Origin: Camelus ferus
Taxonomy: Eukaryota
DNA length: 64,000 nucleotides
Direction of reading: 5' to 3'
NCBI RefSeq assembly: GCF_009834535.1
Contig: NC_045696.1
Span: 112,158,001 to 112,222,000, forward strand
Shown here: positions 38,578 through 49,450 of the stretch, piece after piece
Position numbering within the stretch: position 1 is the stretch's first letter
Layout: the number at the start of each line of letters is the position of its first letter
Translations under genes and position numbers: made by a program
The notes under the pieces: generated by a model
The model's input: the letters and a program-made list of their open reading frames with translations, nothing else
Told to the model about the DNA's origin: nothing
Databases searched by the model: none

Positions 38578-38978
38578 NNNNNNNNNNNNNNNNNNNNNNN
38601 NNNNNNNNNNNNNNNNNNNNNNNNNNNNNNNNNNNNNNNNNNNNNNNNNNNNNNNNNNNNNNNNNNNNNNNNNNNNNNNNNNNNNNNNNNNNNNNNNNNN
38701 NNNNNNNNNNNNNNNNNNNNNNNNNNNNNNNNNNNNNNNNNNNNNNNNNNNNNNNNNNNNNNNNNNNNNNNNNNNNNCTCACGTAACAGGATTTCTTTCT
38801 NNNNNNNNNNNNNNNNNNNNNNNNNNNNNNNNNNNNNNNNNNNNNNNNNNNNNNNNNNNNNNNNNNNNNNNNNNNNNNNNNNNNNNNNNNNNNNNNNNNN
38901 NNNNNNNNNNNNNNNNNNNNNNNNNNNNNNNNNNNNNNNNNNNNNNNNNNNNNNNNNNNNNNNNNNNNNNNNNNNNNN
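38578..38978. other. N-gap cluster (200 + 178 N) with a 23-bp island; flanks not L1
   Basis: N runs at 38578-38777 and 38801-38978. Confidence 0.95.
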
Positions 38979-40169
38979 TTCATCAGCACTATTACAGGTT
39001 CCATTCACATTATCGGATTGAACCATCCTGCATAACCGAGGTGCTGACAAGTCCTGATTACCCAATAACTCCTGGATCCTTTTCAGGCAGGTTCACGCAG
39101 AGGACAGGGATACCGGGCCTTCCTGGGGGGCAGCCGGCCTGCCTTGGAGACCTGATCAGAGAAACCCAACTCCTGCTCACTCCCCTGTTGCCAAAAACAC
39201 GGGCGCTGCTCTTCCTGTAGTGTAATGGCCGATGGTTTCAGATAACAACTGTGTGTAACAGAGTAGGGGAGGGGCCAGCTAAGCCTCCTAAACTCTCTTC
39301 CCCAACTGCAACCAGGTTCCATGTAGGCCGCCTGCGTGTCACCCACATAGCAGAGTCGACTTGGGCCCTCGGGACAAGACGGGGACGAGGCGGGTTGACC
39401 ACCTGAAATGTGTGACTGCTTCAAACAACCCACACTTGCCTTCCACTCCTGACCCTTGAGTTACACCGCTCCCAGGATGCTCAAGACCCTTCTCCATCCC
39501 TGCTGTCCACATGCCTGGGGGACACTGTCCTCTTTCTAAGGGGATTCTGGTTGAAGCCCAAACTCTATGTGCTGCTCAGCAAAGGGGTTTTCTCCCCCCT
39601 CACGAGGTAGGGAGCGTGTTGGACCCGACTGCCCGGCCGAGGCTATAATGAAAGCCACTGGCCAGCAGTTTGCCCGGGCACTCCTTCTATAGGTGCAGAG
39701 CCTCCGGGCAGGGAGGACCACAGCACTTCTTCTCCCGATGACTTTCCAACCCTGGTCTAGAAACTGCAGCCCCATGGCTTGTGGTATAGCTCTGAGCGGC
39801 AGCCAACCCAACCTAAAACAGCCTTTAAACAAGCAAACTGCGGTTTTGCCTTTTGGGTGGTATATCACCCTATATTTGACGTAATCTTCAGCTTGGGAGA
39901 GATCATGTTTTTAAAGCAAATTTCTTGGCTTCCAGCTTGGCTCTGGGGCATTGCTGTCTGAGCGACGGGGCTTCCCTAATTAATTCAGGCTCCAGCCTTT
40001 TTCTCTTTTTCCTCCCTTAAAACGTTTCTGCCTACAGTTAAAGTCACACATTGATGCATTTGCAAACATAAGAAAACAAATAGTGCTGGGCTCCTCACTG
40101 AAACATTTGAAATTACAATGAGGGTCTGACAGTGTGGGTTGCAGCACATCTGAGTATGGCCTCTGTCTA

Positions 40170-40890
40170 CATGTGGGGGCCGTGGTCCAGTGGGCGGTCC
40201 AAGTTCAAACCCTGTCTCACTGCTGACTGCCGCTGTACTTGGTGAGTCTCCTGGTCTCTGTGCCTCAGTTTCTTTCTTTTTTTAATTGAAGTGTAGTCAG
40301 TTTACAACGTTGTGTCAACTTCTGGTTACAGCATAATGTTTCAGTCATACATACACATACATATATTCCTTTTCATATTCTCTTTCATTGTAGGTTACTA
40401 CAAGAAATTGAATACAGTTCCCTGTGCTATACAGAAGAAATTCGTTGTTTATCTATTTTATACATAGTATTTAATATTTGCAAATCTTGAACTCCCAATT
40501 TGTCCCTTCCCACCCTCTTCCCCCCAGTAACCATAAGTTTACTATGTCTGTGAGTCTGTTTCTGTTTTGTAGATGAGTTCATNNNNNNNNNNNNNNNNNN
40601 NNNNNNNNNNNNNNNNNNNNNNNNNNNNNNNNNNNNNNNNNNNNNNNNNNNNNNNNNNNNNNNNNNNNNNNNNNNNNNNNNNNNNNNNNNNNNNNNNNNN
40701 NNNNNNNNNNNNNNNNNNCTTTTATTATGGCTGAGTAGTAGTCCATTGTATAAACATACCACAGCTTCTTCATCCAGTCATCTTTCAATGGACATTTAGG
40801 TTGTTCCCATGTCTTTGCTTCAGGTTTTTAACATGTAAAACAAAAGGCTTAGAACAGTGCCTCGTATAAACACTTGTTAAATGTTAGCTG
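40170..40890 (+). mobile_element. MIR split by an L1 insertion
   Basis: Left part ends ctctgtgcctcagtttct at about 40272; right part aaggcttagaacagtgcc...aaatgttagctgttgttatt resumes after 40818. Confidence 0.7.
40271..40818 (-). mobile_element. 5'-truncated camelid-type L1, N gap inside
   Basis: Poly-T, then aattgaagtgtagtcagtttacaacgttgtg...ttccctgtgctatacag...atggacatttaggttg. Confidence 0.9.
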
Positions 40891-40924
40891 TTGTTATTAG
40901 TATGAATAGTAAAACTCTGTGAAG

Positions 40925-41200
40925 ACTCTTGTGTCTTGGCAGATTGTGGTGGGTTTTGAATTTCATCCTAAGGGTGATGGGAGCCAATGGAAGGCTTTGA
41001 ATAAGGCAGTGACCTGACTAGAATTATAGTCGAAAAGGATCATTCTGGAAGCCATTCTGTAAGGGCAAGAGTGGAAGCAGGGAGCCTTATTGAGTGATGA
41101 TGACAACAACCAAGATGGGATCAGATGAAATACTGCCTTGCGCCTGTGGAGGTGGGAAGTAGCGGGAAGATCTCAGAGGACTTTGAAGATGGAGCTCGTA
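40925..41200 (-). mobile_element. L2 fragment
   Basis: gggtgatgggagccaatggaaggctttg...aaggatcattctggaagcc...agagtggaagcagggag. Confidence 0.75.
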
Positions 41201-41201
41201 G

Positions 41202-42075
41202 ATGCAAATCAAACCCACAGTGAGATGTCACCTCACACCTGCCAGAATGGCCAGCATCAAAAAGACAATAGATAATAAATGCTGGCAAGGATATGGAGAA
41301 AAAGGAACACTTGTACACTGTTTGTGGGAATATTAATTGCTACACCACTGTAAACTGGTGCAGGAGAACAGTATAGAGGGTCCTCAAAAAACTAAAAATA
41401 GAACTACCATATGATCCAGCAATTCCACTCCTCAGTACATATCTGAAGAAAACAAAAACACTAATTTGAAAAGATATACACATNNNNNNNNNNNNNNNNN
41501 NNNNNNNNNNNNNNNNNNNNNNNNNNNNNNNNNNNNNNNNNNNNNNNNNNNNNNNNNNNNNNNNNNNNNNNNNNNNNNNNNNNNNNNNNNNNNNNNNNNN
41601 NNNNNNNNNNNNNNNNNNNNNNNNNNNNNTAAAAAATGAATGAAATTCTGCCATTTGCAGCAATGTGGATGGACCTAGAGGGTATTATTCTTAGTGTAGT
41701 AAGTCAGAGAAAGACATACTGTATGTTATCACTTACAGGTGAAATGTAAGAAACAAAACAACCTATTGAATATAACAAAACCTACTGAATATATCTCACA
41801 GATATAGAGAACAAACTAGTGGCTGCAGTGGGGACAGGGAAGAGAGGAGGGGCGAGATAGGGGTAGGGGATTAAGAGATGCAAACTACTATGTATCAAAT
41901 AAATAAGTTACAAGGGTATGTTGTCCAGCACAGGGAATATTGCCAATATTTTAAAATAACTTTAAATGGAGTTTAATAACTTTAAATCTATAAAAATATT
42001 GAATCACTATGTTGTACACCTGAAACTAATATAATATTATAAATCAACTATACTTCAATTAAAATATATATATAT
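41202..42075 (+). mobile_element. 5'-truncated L1, older cetartiodactyl subfamily, N gap inside
   Basis: atgcaaatcaaacccacagtgagatgtcacctcacacctgccagaatggcc...gaactaccatatgatccagcaattccactcc..., then a 3' UTR ending caactatacttcaattaaaa. Confidence 0.92.
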
Positions 42076-42101
42076 TGTTAAAATAAGCAAAATAAACTCA
42101 A

Positions 42102-42297
42102 AGCAATATGTCTCAAAGTCTGCTGCACATTAGAGTCACTCTAGTAGATTTTAATGATCTTCTTTAATGATTTAATGACACCCAGGCCTCATCCCAGGTC
42201 AATTAAGTCAGAATCTCGGGGGAAGGGCCCAAGCATCAGAAGTTTTTAAAGCTCCCCTGGTGATTCCAATGTGCAGCCAACACTGTGAATCAGTGCT
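42102..42297. mobile_element. MER5A/B-type MITE
   Basis: ctcaaagtctgctgcacattagagtcac...cccaggcctcatcccag...cagaatctc...gctcccctggtgattccaatgtgcagcc. Confidence 0.8.
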
Positions 42298-43212
42298 TAG
42301 AGCAAACCTGAATCTTATTCAAGGTTTATGGACTAATATCCAAGGAAAAATTAAGAATAGAAAAATATTACTCTTGATAAATCCTTTAATTGCTTATGAA
42401 GTGGAGTATAAATGGCTTTGTATGTGCACCCTGAATAGGGGATACAAGTGTAGACTCTGGGAGCACCCAGAAACGTAGATAGAGTAAATCGTACGTATGC
42501 ACAATAGAGTTTTGTTATATTACTTATATAACCAAAAGCACACATTGAGTTTGCATTAGGTTATTAAACCACACAGAAGATGAGTTCCATAGTCCAAATG
42601 TGAAGTTAAAGTAGTGTTCCTATAAATGACTAATCTGTAAATTTTGGATGACCCAATGCTAATTTTAAGATCTGAGAGCTTTCATAACATATCCCTGGTA
42701 GTACTTTTGCAACTTTCCTGACATTCACAAATGGAGGTGGCCTCTCCTGTGATGCACAGATCATGCCTAAACCTGGAAGCCAAATGTCCGGACCCCCAGC
42801 ACACTACTGGGCAGGAGTCAGTGTGGCTGGCAGTCAAGGCTTCCCAAACCCCAGCTGCACCTGACTTCTCTGTCTCACTTCCACTGCTTCCCGGCAAAGC
42901 TGCATTATCCAGTTCTGCTAGTCTCCTCTTTCCTTGACGTTAAATGTTCGTTCCATTCCCACATCTTTGTTCAAGCCTCTCCTCCTGCTCTAAGTGTCCT
43001 TTAAATCCTCTCCAGTTGCCCATGACCCCAAAGATACCCACCTCTGTGTTCCATCCATCATAACTACAGGACTCTGGTACTACTCCCTTAGACAGCCTAA
43101 GAGGGTCTCTTTCTTCCTAACTCAAGTCTCATCTTCACTCTTCTGGACTTTCATCAGTTCCAGTTGGTAGTCCATCACTGGAATAATCTTCCACAAGTCC
43201 TATGGGCTCCAT

Positions 43213-44455
43213 CTTTTTTTCTTTTTAATTGAAGTATACTTGATTTACAATATTATATTAGTTTCAGGTGTATGGCATAGTGATTCAAAAATTTTATAGA
43301 TAATACTCCATTTAAAGTTATAAAATATTGGCAATATTCCCTGTGCTGTGCAATATATCCTCATAGTTTATTTATTTTATAAATAATAGTTTGTATCTCT
43401 TAATCCCATACACTTATATTGCCCTTCCCCCACTCCCTTTCCCCACTGGTAACCACTCACTTGTGAGCTGGTTTCTGTTTTGCTATATTCATTCATTTGT
43501 TTTAATTTTTAGATTTCATATATAAGTGATAGCATACAGTATTTGTCTTTCTCTGGCTTATTTCACTAAGCATAATACTCTCCAGGTCGATCACATTGCT
43601 GAAAATGGCAGAATTTCATTTTTTTTTTGTGGTTGAGTAACAGTCTATTGTGTGTATGTGCGTGAGTATATAATAACTTTAAATGGAGTATAATCTATAA
43701 AAATATTGAATCACTATGTCATATACNNNNNNNNNNNNNNNNNNNNNNNNNNNNNNNNNNNNNNNNNNNNNNNNNNNNNNNNNNNNNNNNNNNNNNNNNN
43801 NNNNNNNNNNNNNNNNNNNNNNNNNNNNNNNNNNNNNNNNNNNNNNNNNNNNNNNNNNNNNNNNNNNNNNNATTTGTGTCTTTTCGAACCAGTGTTTTTG
43901 TTTTCTTCAGATATATATACCCAGGGGTGAAACTTCTGGATCATGTGGTAGNNNNNNNNNNNNNNNNNNNNNNNNNNNNNNNNNNNNNNNNNNNNNNNNN
44001 NNNNNNNNNNNNNNNNNNNNNNNNNNNNNNNNNNNNNNNNNNNNNNNNNNNNNNNNNNNNNNNNNNNNNNNNNNNNNNNNNNNNNNNNNGATGGCCATTC
44101 TGACAGGTGTGAGGTGATATCTCATTGTGGCTTTGATTTGTGATGTTTAGTAATATTGAGTATCTTTTCGTATGCCTGTTGGCCATCTGCATATCTTCTT
44201 TGAAGGTCTTCTGCCCATTTTTCAATCAGGATTGTTTTTTTCTGACATTGAGTTGTATGAGTTGTTTATATATTTTGGATATTAACCCCTTATGTGTCAT
44301 TATCATTTGCAAATATTTTCTCCTATTCAGTAGACTGTCTTTTTGTTTTCTTGACAGTTTCCTTTTAAGTCTTTAAATTTTATTAGGTCCTATTTGTTTA
44401 TTTTTGTTTTTATTTCCTTTGCTTTAGGAGACAGATCTAAGAAGGATATTTTATT
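43213..44455 (-). mobile_element. 5'-truncated L1 (about 1.24 kb), two N gaps inside
   Basis: Poly-T and 3' UTR, then reverse translation FKEDMQMANRHTKRYS and RYHLTPVRMAI (ORF2 C-terminus, frameshifted). Confidence 0.92.
43673..43726 (+). mobile_element. Opposite-strand L1 3'-UTR piece nested in the L1 above
   Basis: ataactttaaatggagtataatctataaaaatattgaatcactatg matches the plus-strand L1 tail near 41955-42015; runs into an N gap. Confidence 0.7.
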
Positions 44456-45319
44456 TTTAAGGTTAGCAAAGAAAAGGTATGCATATCCTATATTACTGAG
44501 GCCAAGGGGGTTAAATGTATCTTTTGTCAGATCTCCAGGTGCCTGTGGTGGAGGTGACCTAGGAGGAACTACCATGTTTTAAGTTGTTCTGGAACTTTAG
44601 AGCTGTTCTGTGTTCTTTTCCACACCAGGTACCACCAAGCCTCAGGACTGTCTTGGTGGTGACCTGGCAGTGTTCACAAGCCTTGTTAAACCAGTGGCCC
44701 ACCCACAGTCACAGTTCATCCTTGAACCCAGGACACTGCAGTCTGCAATTAAGAAACAAACCAAGACCAAGCAAAACAAAATAAAAACATTCTTCCAGGC
44801 TGGCGGTGGCTCCACAGGGCTCAAAAGTATCTCTGCTGAGATTCTGCCAGTGATTGTGGTAAGTTGTTATTGTATCCAAGTTTCACGGGAAGGGAAACCC
44901 GAGCATCTAAACAACCCCGTTTACAAGGGGGGAGAGACGGTGAACACTACCAATCGGAAAAGAAAAGAAATCACTTGTACTTGATGCGGTTTCAGCCGGG
45001 CGGTGGGTGCTGGGGGGTGTCTGCCCAGCTGAGGTCCTGGGCGATGAGAGGGAAAACCTGAAGTCAGACAGGACGCAGGCCTCCCTGGGGCGCCCGTCCA
45101 TCAGGGCCTCTGGTTCACAGAGTCTTTGGGTGAGCACACAAAGTTAACTGAAGCTCCGCTTTGCTTACATTGTCAACGATCATGTTCTAGCTTAGTTGTA
45201 GTTATTACTGAGCGGAAAGGCCCATGACAAGTTTGCTCAACAAGGGCTCGCTGGTACGAGCACTTGGAGAGTCAGATTAAAGGGGGTTGGCAAACTCATG
45301 AGGATAACACCAGTGCCAG

Positions 45320-45400
45320 TTTTCTGGATTTCTTGAGCCACCACCTCTCTGAGCTTGGGTTTTCTCATCTGCAAATGGAGATAATGGTACCTCCCAAAGT
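45320..45400 (+). mobile_element. MIR core fragment
   Basis: cctctctgagcttgggttttctcatctgcaaatggagataat. Confidence 0.7.
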
Positions 45401-45761
45401 TCTAAGAGTCCTAGGCTCAGGGGCTGGACCACTGTGCCTGCTGGGGGACTGTTCGTGGAAGGGGCCACGGAGCCTCCTGGGAAAGAATGCAGGCTCCGCT
45501 GGGCATGGAACTCAGAGCCATCACAAGGAAGGCATCCGGCCTGCTGTTCAGACCATCTACGAGGCTGGCCTCTGAGAACCCACGGATGGAAGAGACAAGA
45601 AGATGCCACACAAGCTATTTCTCTCTCTCTCTTACATACAAATTCTGTGACTTGGAGAACAGCACCTGAACACCCAAACCACACAGTGATGTGGCATGAG
45701 AGAAATTATTTCCACAGGACCCTACACTGTGACCTCTGCCCAGCTTTGGTGAGGACTCAGT

Positions 45762-46485
45762 TTTTTGTTCAAATAGTTTAATTGAGATGTAATTCATCTA
45801 ACATAAAATTTACCCTCTTAAGGTAAGTTTGGTGGCTGTAAGTATATTCACAAAGTTGCACAACCATCACCACGATCTTTTTTATTATCCCCTAAAGAAA
45901 ACCTGTGTCCATTAACAGTGACTCCCCATTTTGTCCTGTCACGGCCCCTGGTGACCACTCATCTACTTTTTTGTCATCTTAGTCTATTTTGGACACTTTG
46001 TCTAAATGGGCTCATATAATATGGTGGCCTTTTGTGACTGGCTTCTCTCACGTAAGGTGATGTTTTCAAGGTTCATCCATGTTGTGGCAGGTGTCAGAAC
46101 TTTATTTTTTATGGCAGAATAATATTCCGCTTTATGTTTATCCATTCATCCACATTTGCTTATCTATTCACAAGTGGTAAACATTTGGGTTGTCTCTACT
46201 TTTTGGCTGTTACGAATAATGCTGTGTGAACTTCCACGTTCACGTTTTCACACGAACCTATTTTCAGTCCTCTCGGCTAGGTCTGAGGAGTGGAACTGCT
46301 GGTCCATATGCTTCCTCTACACTTAACCTTGTGAGAACTGCCAGGCTGTTTTCCAAAGCTGTTGCACCACTTAAAATTCCCACCGCAGTGTATGAGGGTT
46401 CCAGTGGCTTGCTCATCCTCGTCATTGTCGGACTTTTTGGTTTTAGCCTCCTTAATAAGTGTGATGTAATATCTCATTTTGATTA
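45762..46485 (-). mobile_element. L1MB-type 3' region
   Basis: taattgagatgtaattcatctaacataaaatttaccctc...ccatcaccacg...gttttcaaggttcatccatgttgtggc...gagaactgccaggctgttttccaaag. Confidence 0.85.
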
Positions 46486-46489
46486 TGAC

Positions 46490-47335
46490 TCACTTTTATT
46501 TATTCAATTTGGCATTTGTGGACCCTTCATCTGAGGACTCATTTCCTAAAAAATTCATGGCCACTATTTCTTCTCTTTTTCATGTTTTCTATTTTCTGCT
46601 TTCATACCATTTATTAGAGGAATGTTGGAAGTTCTGGATTTTTCCTCAGGTTTCTTAACCATTTTTTTTTAACACTTCCTATTTCATTATTTACCTTCCA
46701 GCTCAAGGGTTTATCTTTCACTTGAGTCCAGTGTGCTGTTCAGCTTATCTGCTGAAGTTTTAACTGTAATAATAATATTTTTTGTTTCTAAGATCTCTGA
46801 GTTTTTTTTTTAAACAAATCTGTTCTTTTACAAATATAACGTATCTTGATTTTAGTGATGGGATTCCTTCCTTTGGCTCTCTGAGGCTATTAAGTATTTT
46901 TTTTTAATTTAAAAGTTAAAATTATTTGAACATTCCTATGTCATCTGGCATTAGTTTTTGCATTTGCTGACCACGCAGTTTCCTTGCTGTGGGGTTGAGG
47001 TCACTCAGGTCCTGGTCTCAGTTTGGCGCTCACCTTCCACAGGGCCCCCCCTCCCCGTGAGTCCCCCTCTTACGGCCTGGCAGTAAGATGGCCTTGTGTG
47101 TGGCTGGCTCAGGAGGTGCTGAGTCACTCGCAGCTCTATGGCCACCTTCTGCTGATAACATGAGGTCTTGCCTGCTTTCTCTACTTCTACTTAGTGGAAC
47201 ATACACCCTCTTCATGTTTTGCTGTGGCACATGAATACGTCTGAGTTATAGCTCGTATTTCTTCATTTTGTGGAGGAGTGTGCCCAGGAGTTGATTTTTG
47301 CCTGTGTTCCAACTACCATCTTGAACTAGAAACCC
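46490..47335 (-). mobile_element. HAL1/L1ME-like remnant
   Basis: ggacccttcatctgaggactcat...tttttgtttctaagatctc...ttggctctctgaggctatt..., ending taccatcttgaactagaaac, a HAL1-like 5' end read in reverse. Confidence 0.6.
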
Positions 47336-48397
47336 AGCAGCGCTTCAGAACATTCAGAATTTCAGAATATCGGTGGGACTTAAGGTGCTGGTCCTGATGA
47401 GAAGGACAAAGATGCTATGCTCCTATCCCTGGCCTCTGAGGTCTTGTGTTAGCCATGGCCAATGTCCCCACTGCCACGGGCTTCAACCACAGTGGAGGTG
47501 ACACCAGTACCAAGTCAGAGAAAGTGTCTTTGGTACAAGTGCTAGCACCACTGGCATCAGCACTGGGATCATGCAGGTGGAGAAACACTTTCTAGCAGCC
47601 CCAGAAGCAGCAGACAGCTCAGCCATGATCCACGGGGGACCAAGCAGAAGAGAAGGAACAGGACCCGCTTGGACAAAGTTGGCGGGTATGTGCGAGACCC
47701 CCACAGGAGATGCCAGGAAACGGTTATGTGTGTGAAGCCGGGGCCTCCTGAAAATAGTTGGCATTAAAGACTAGAATCCTATAAAGGAATTCCAGAAAGG
47801 AGACTGATACCAGAGACCTATTGGCAGGTGGAGCCTAGGGGAAATCTGAGGATAAAATGAGACAATGCACCTAAAAACTGCCTAATACAGAGTCACTCAG
47901 GTAAAGGCCCTCCTGCGTTCCCTGAGTACGTAACTGAAAATATAAAGAGCTGCCAGCTTGGTCTCCATGCCCAGGTCTCTGTACCAGCCACCGAGGGGAT
48001 GTCCTGTCAACCCTCACAGGGTGGGTAGCCTCCCGGAGAAACATTTTGTTCTCCTCTTTTTAAGCCTTTCTGACCCCAATACAGGAAGCTTTGGTTCCCT
48101 TGATTCTTCTCAGAGAACTGCCCTCCACCTCGGGGGGCCCTGCAGGACTGCTTGTACCGGAAGACCTTGTACCTTGGCTCCCTGAATGAACCCCGGGGAC
48201 ATCAGACAAGACGTCATATTCCTTCTTCTAGAGTTTGGAGTGGATGGTTCAGAGACTCGGGCGTCTCTGCTCACGGTCAGACCAGGAGACAATTGGGTTG
48301 AGGAGGCCGTGCTTGCACACGGGAGCATCCTGCACACCGTGCACAGCAATGTCCACGGGACACGTCTGCTCGCCTGCCTCCATGAGAGTACAGTCCA

Positions 48398-48502
48398 GGG
48401 GTGAGGGCGCAGCTCATTGGCAGAGCGCTTGCTTAGCATGCACGAGGTCCTGGGTTCAATCCCCAGTGCCTCCGTTAAAAAAAGAAAGAAAGAAACACAA
48501 AA
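48398..48502 (+). mobile_element. Camelid tRNA-derived SINE (Vic-1-type), short tail
   Basis: gagggcgcagctcattggcagagcgcttgcttagcatgcacgaggtcctgggttcaatccccagtgcctcc plus an A/(GAAA)n tail; degenerate TSD agtacagtcc / agcgcagtct. Confidence 0.9.
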
Positions 48503-49004
48503 GCGCAGTCTCGAAGTTGTGCCACATTTCACAGCATCTTAATCTCTTTTCCATATGGAGGAGCACATGTTTGTGCTGAACAGATGACCATCTGAGGACA
48601 GAGAAAACAGCATCATCATTCCTCATGAGCGTGTTTATCAGCCACAGTGTGGCGGTGAGAACGGAAGCACCGGTGACAGGGCAGTGGTTCCTAAGTGACT
48701 CCATGCTCCATCTTCTACCCCTCAACCACATCCCACTGAGACACAGACTAGGAAACTCGGAAGCCTGCTGAAATGAACAGAGTTTGCTGTTGAAATCGAA
48801 GCGAATGAACTAAAAATCAATTTGATGAAAATTTAACGCCACGCATAGTTGTAATGATATTGTAAAGCAATTAGATGTAGAGGCAAACTGTTCACGTGGA
48901 TCCATACAATTATCGTGACGTTTCCACAGTCACTTGTGGGTGGTGGGGGGATGATTCTTGAAAAGGAGCGAGAAAGGAATGAATATTTCCTAGTCTTACA
49001 CTCT

Positions 49005-49450
49005 CAAAGCAAAATCTCTTAACATAATTTTTGGCCACAGACCCTTCAGTAGGTTTGAGGCATAGGAACCCCTTCTCACAACAGTTTTCATCAGATAAAA
49101 TATGTAGTTTTATAAAAGAAACCAGTTTTATTTGAAGCCAGTTAAAATATATATTTTAAAATTTGCGGTGTAATAGATGTTCCTCTTTATTAGCTCATTA
49201 AATAACATTAGTGTTAGGTCGTAACAATTAGCATGACTTTGAAATAATGATGAGTATGAATAGTATTTTGAGACATTGTAACAATTTAAATGTGATATGA
49301 AAAAAAGTCACAGGTGCTGTTGGTAATATTGTGGCTGGTTGCCATCATTCATAATCCTAAATTTCAGTTAGCAGTGAGTGATAATGAAGATGCAACTTTT
49401 TTTCCCCTCTCAAAGCTGCCATATCCTCTGAATCTGTTAAGAAGCCTATC
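49005..49450 (+). mobile_element. hAT-Charlie remnant (Charlie7-like; subfamily uncertain)
   Basis: ataaaatatgtag...aaagaaaccag...attaaataac...aatgtgatatgaaaa...agtcacaggtgctg...ctaaatttcagttag...gatgcaacttttttcccc. Confidence 0.7.

Noticed and set aside
39080-39720. CpG-island promoter
   Set aside because: About 21 CpGs in 640 bp; my rough observed/expected estimate is near 0.4, below the usual island threshold.
48398-48475. tRNA-Ala(AGC) gene, and similar hits at 17650-17721 and 24141-24220
   Set aside because: Acceptor stem and boxes are degenerate, each is followed by an A-rich tail, and two have clear degenerate TSDs; these are tRNA-derived SINEs.
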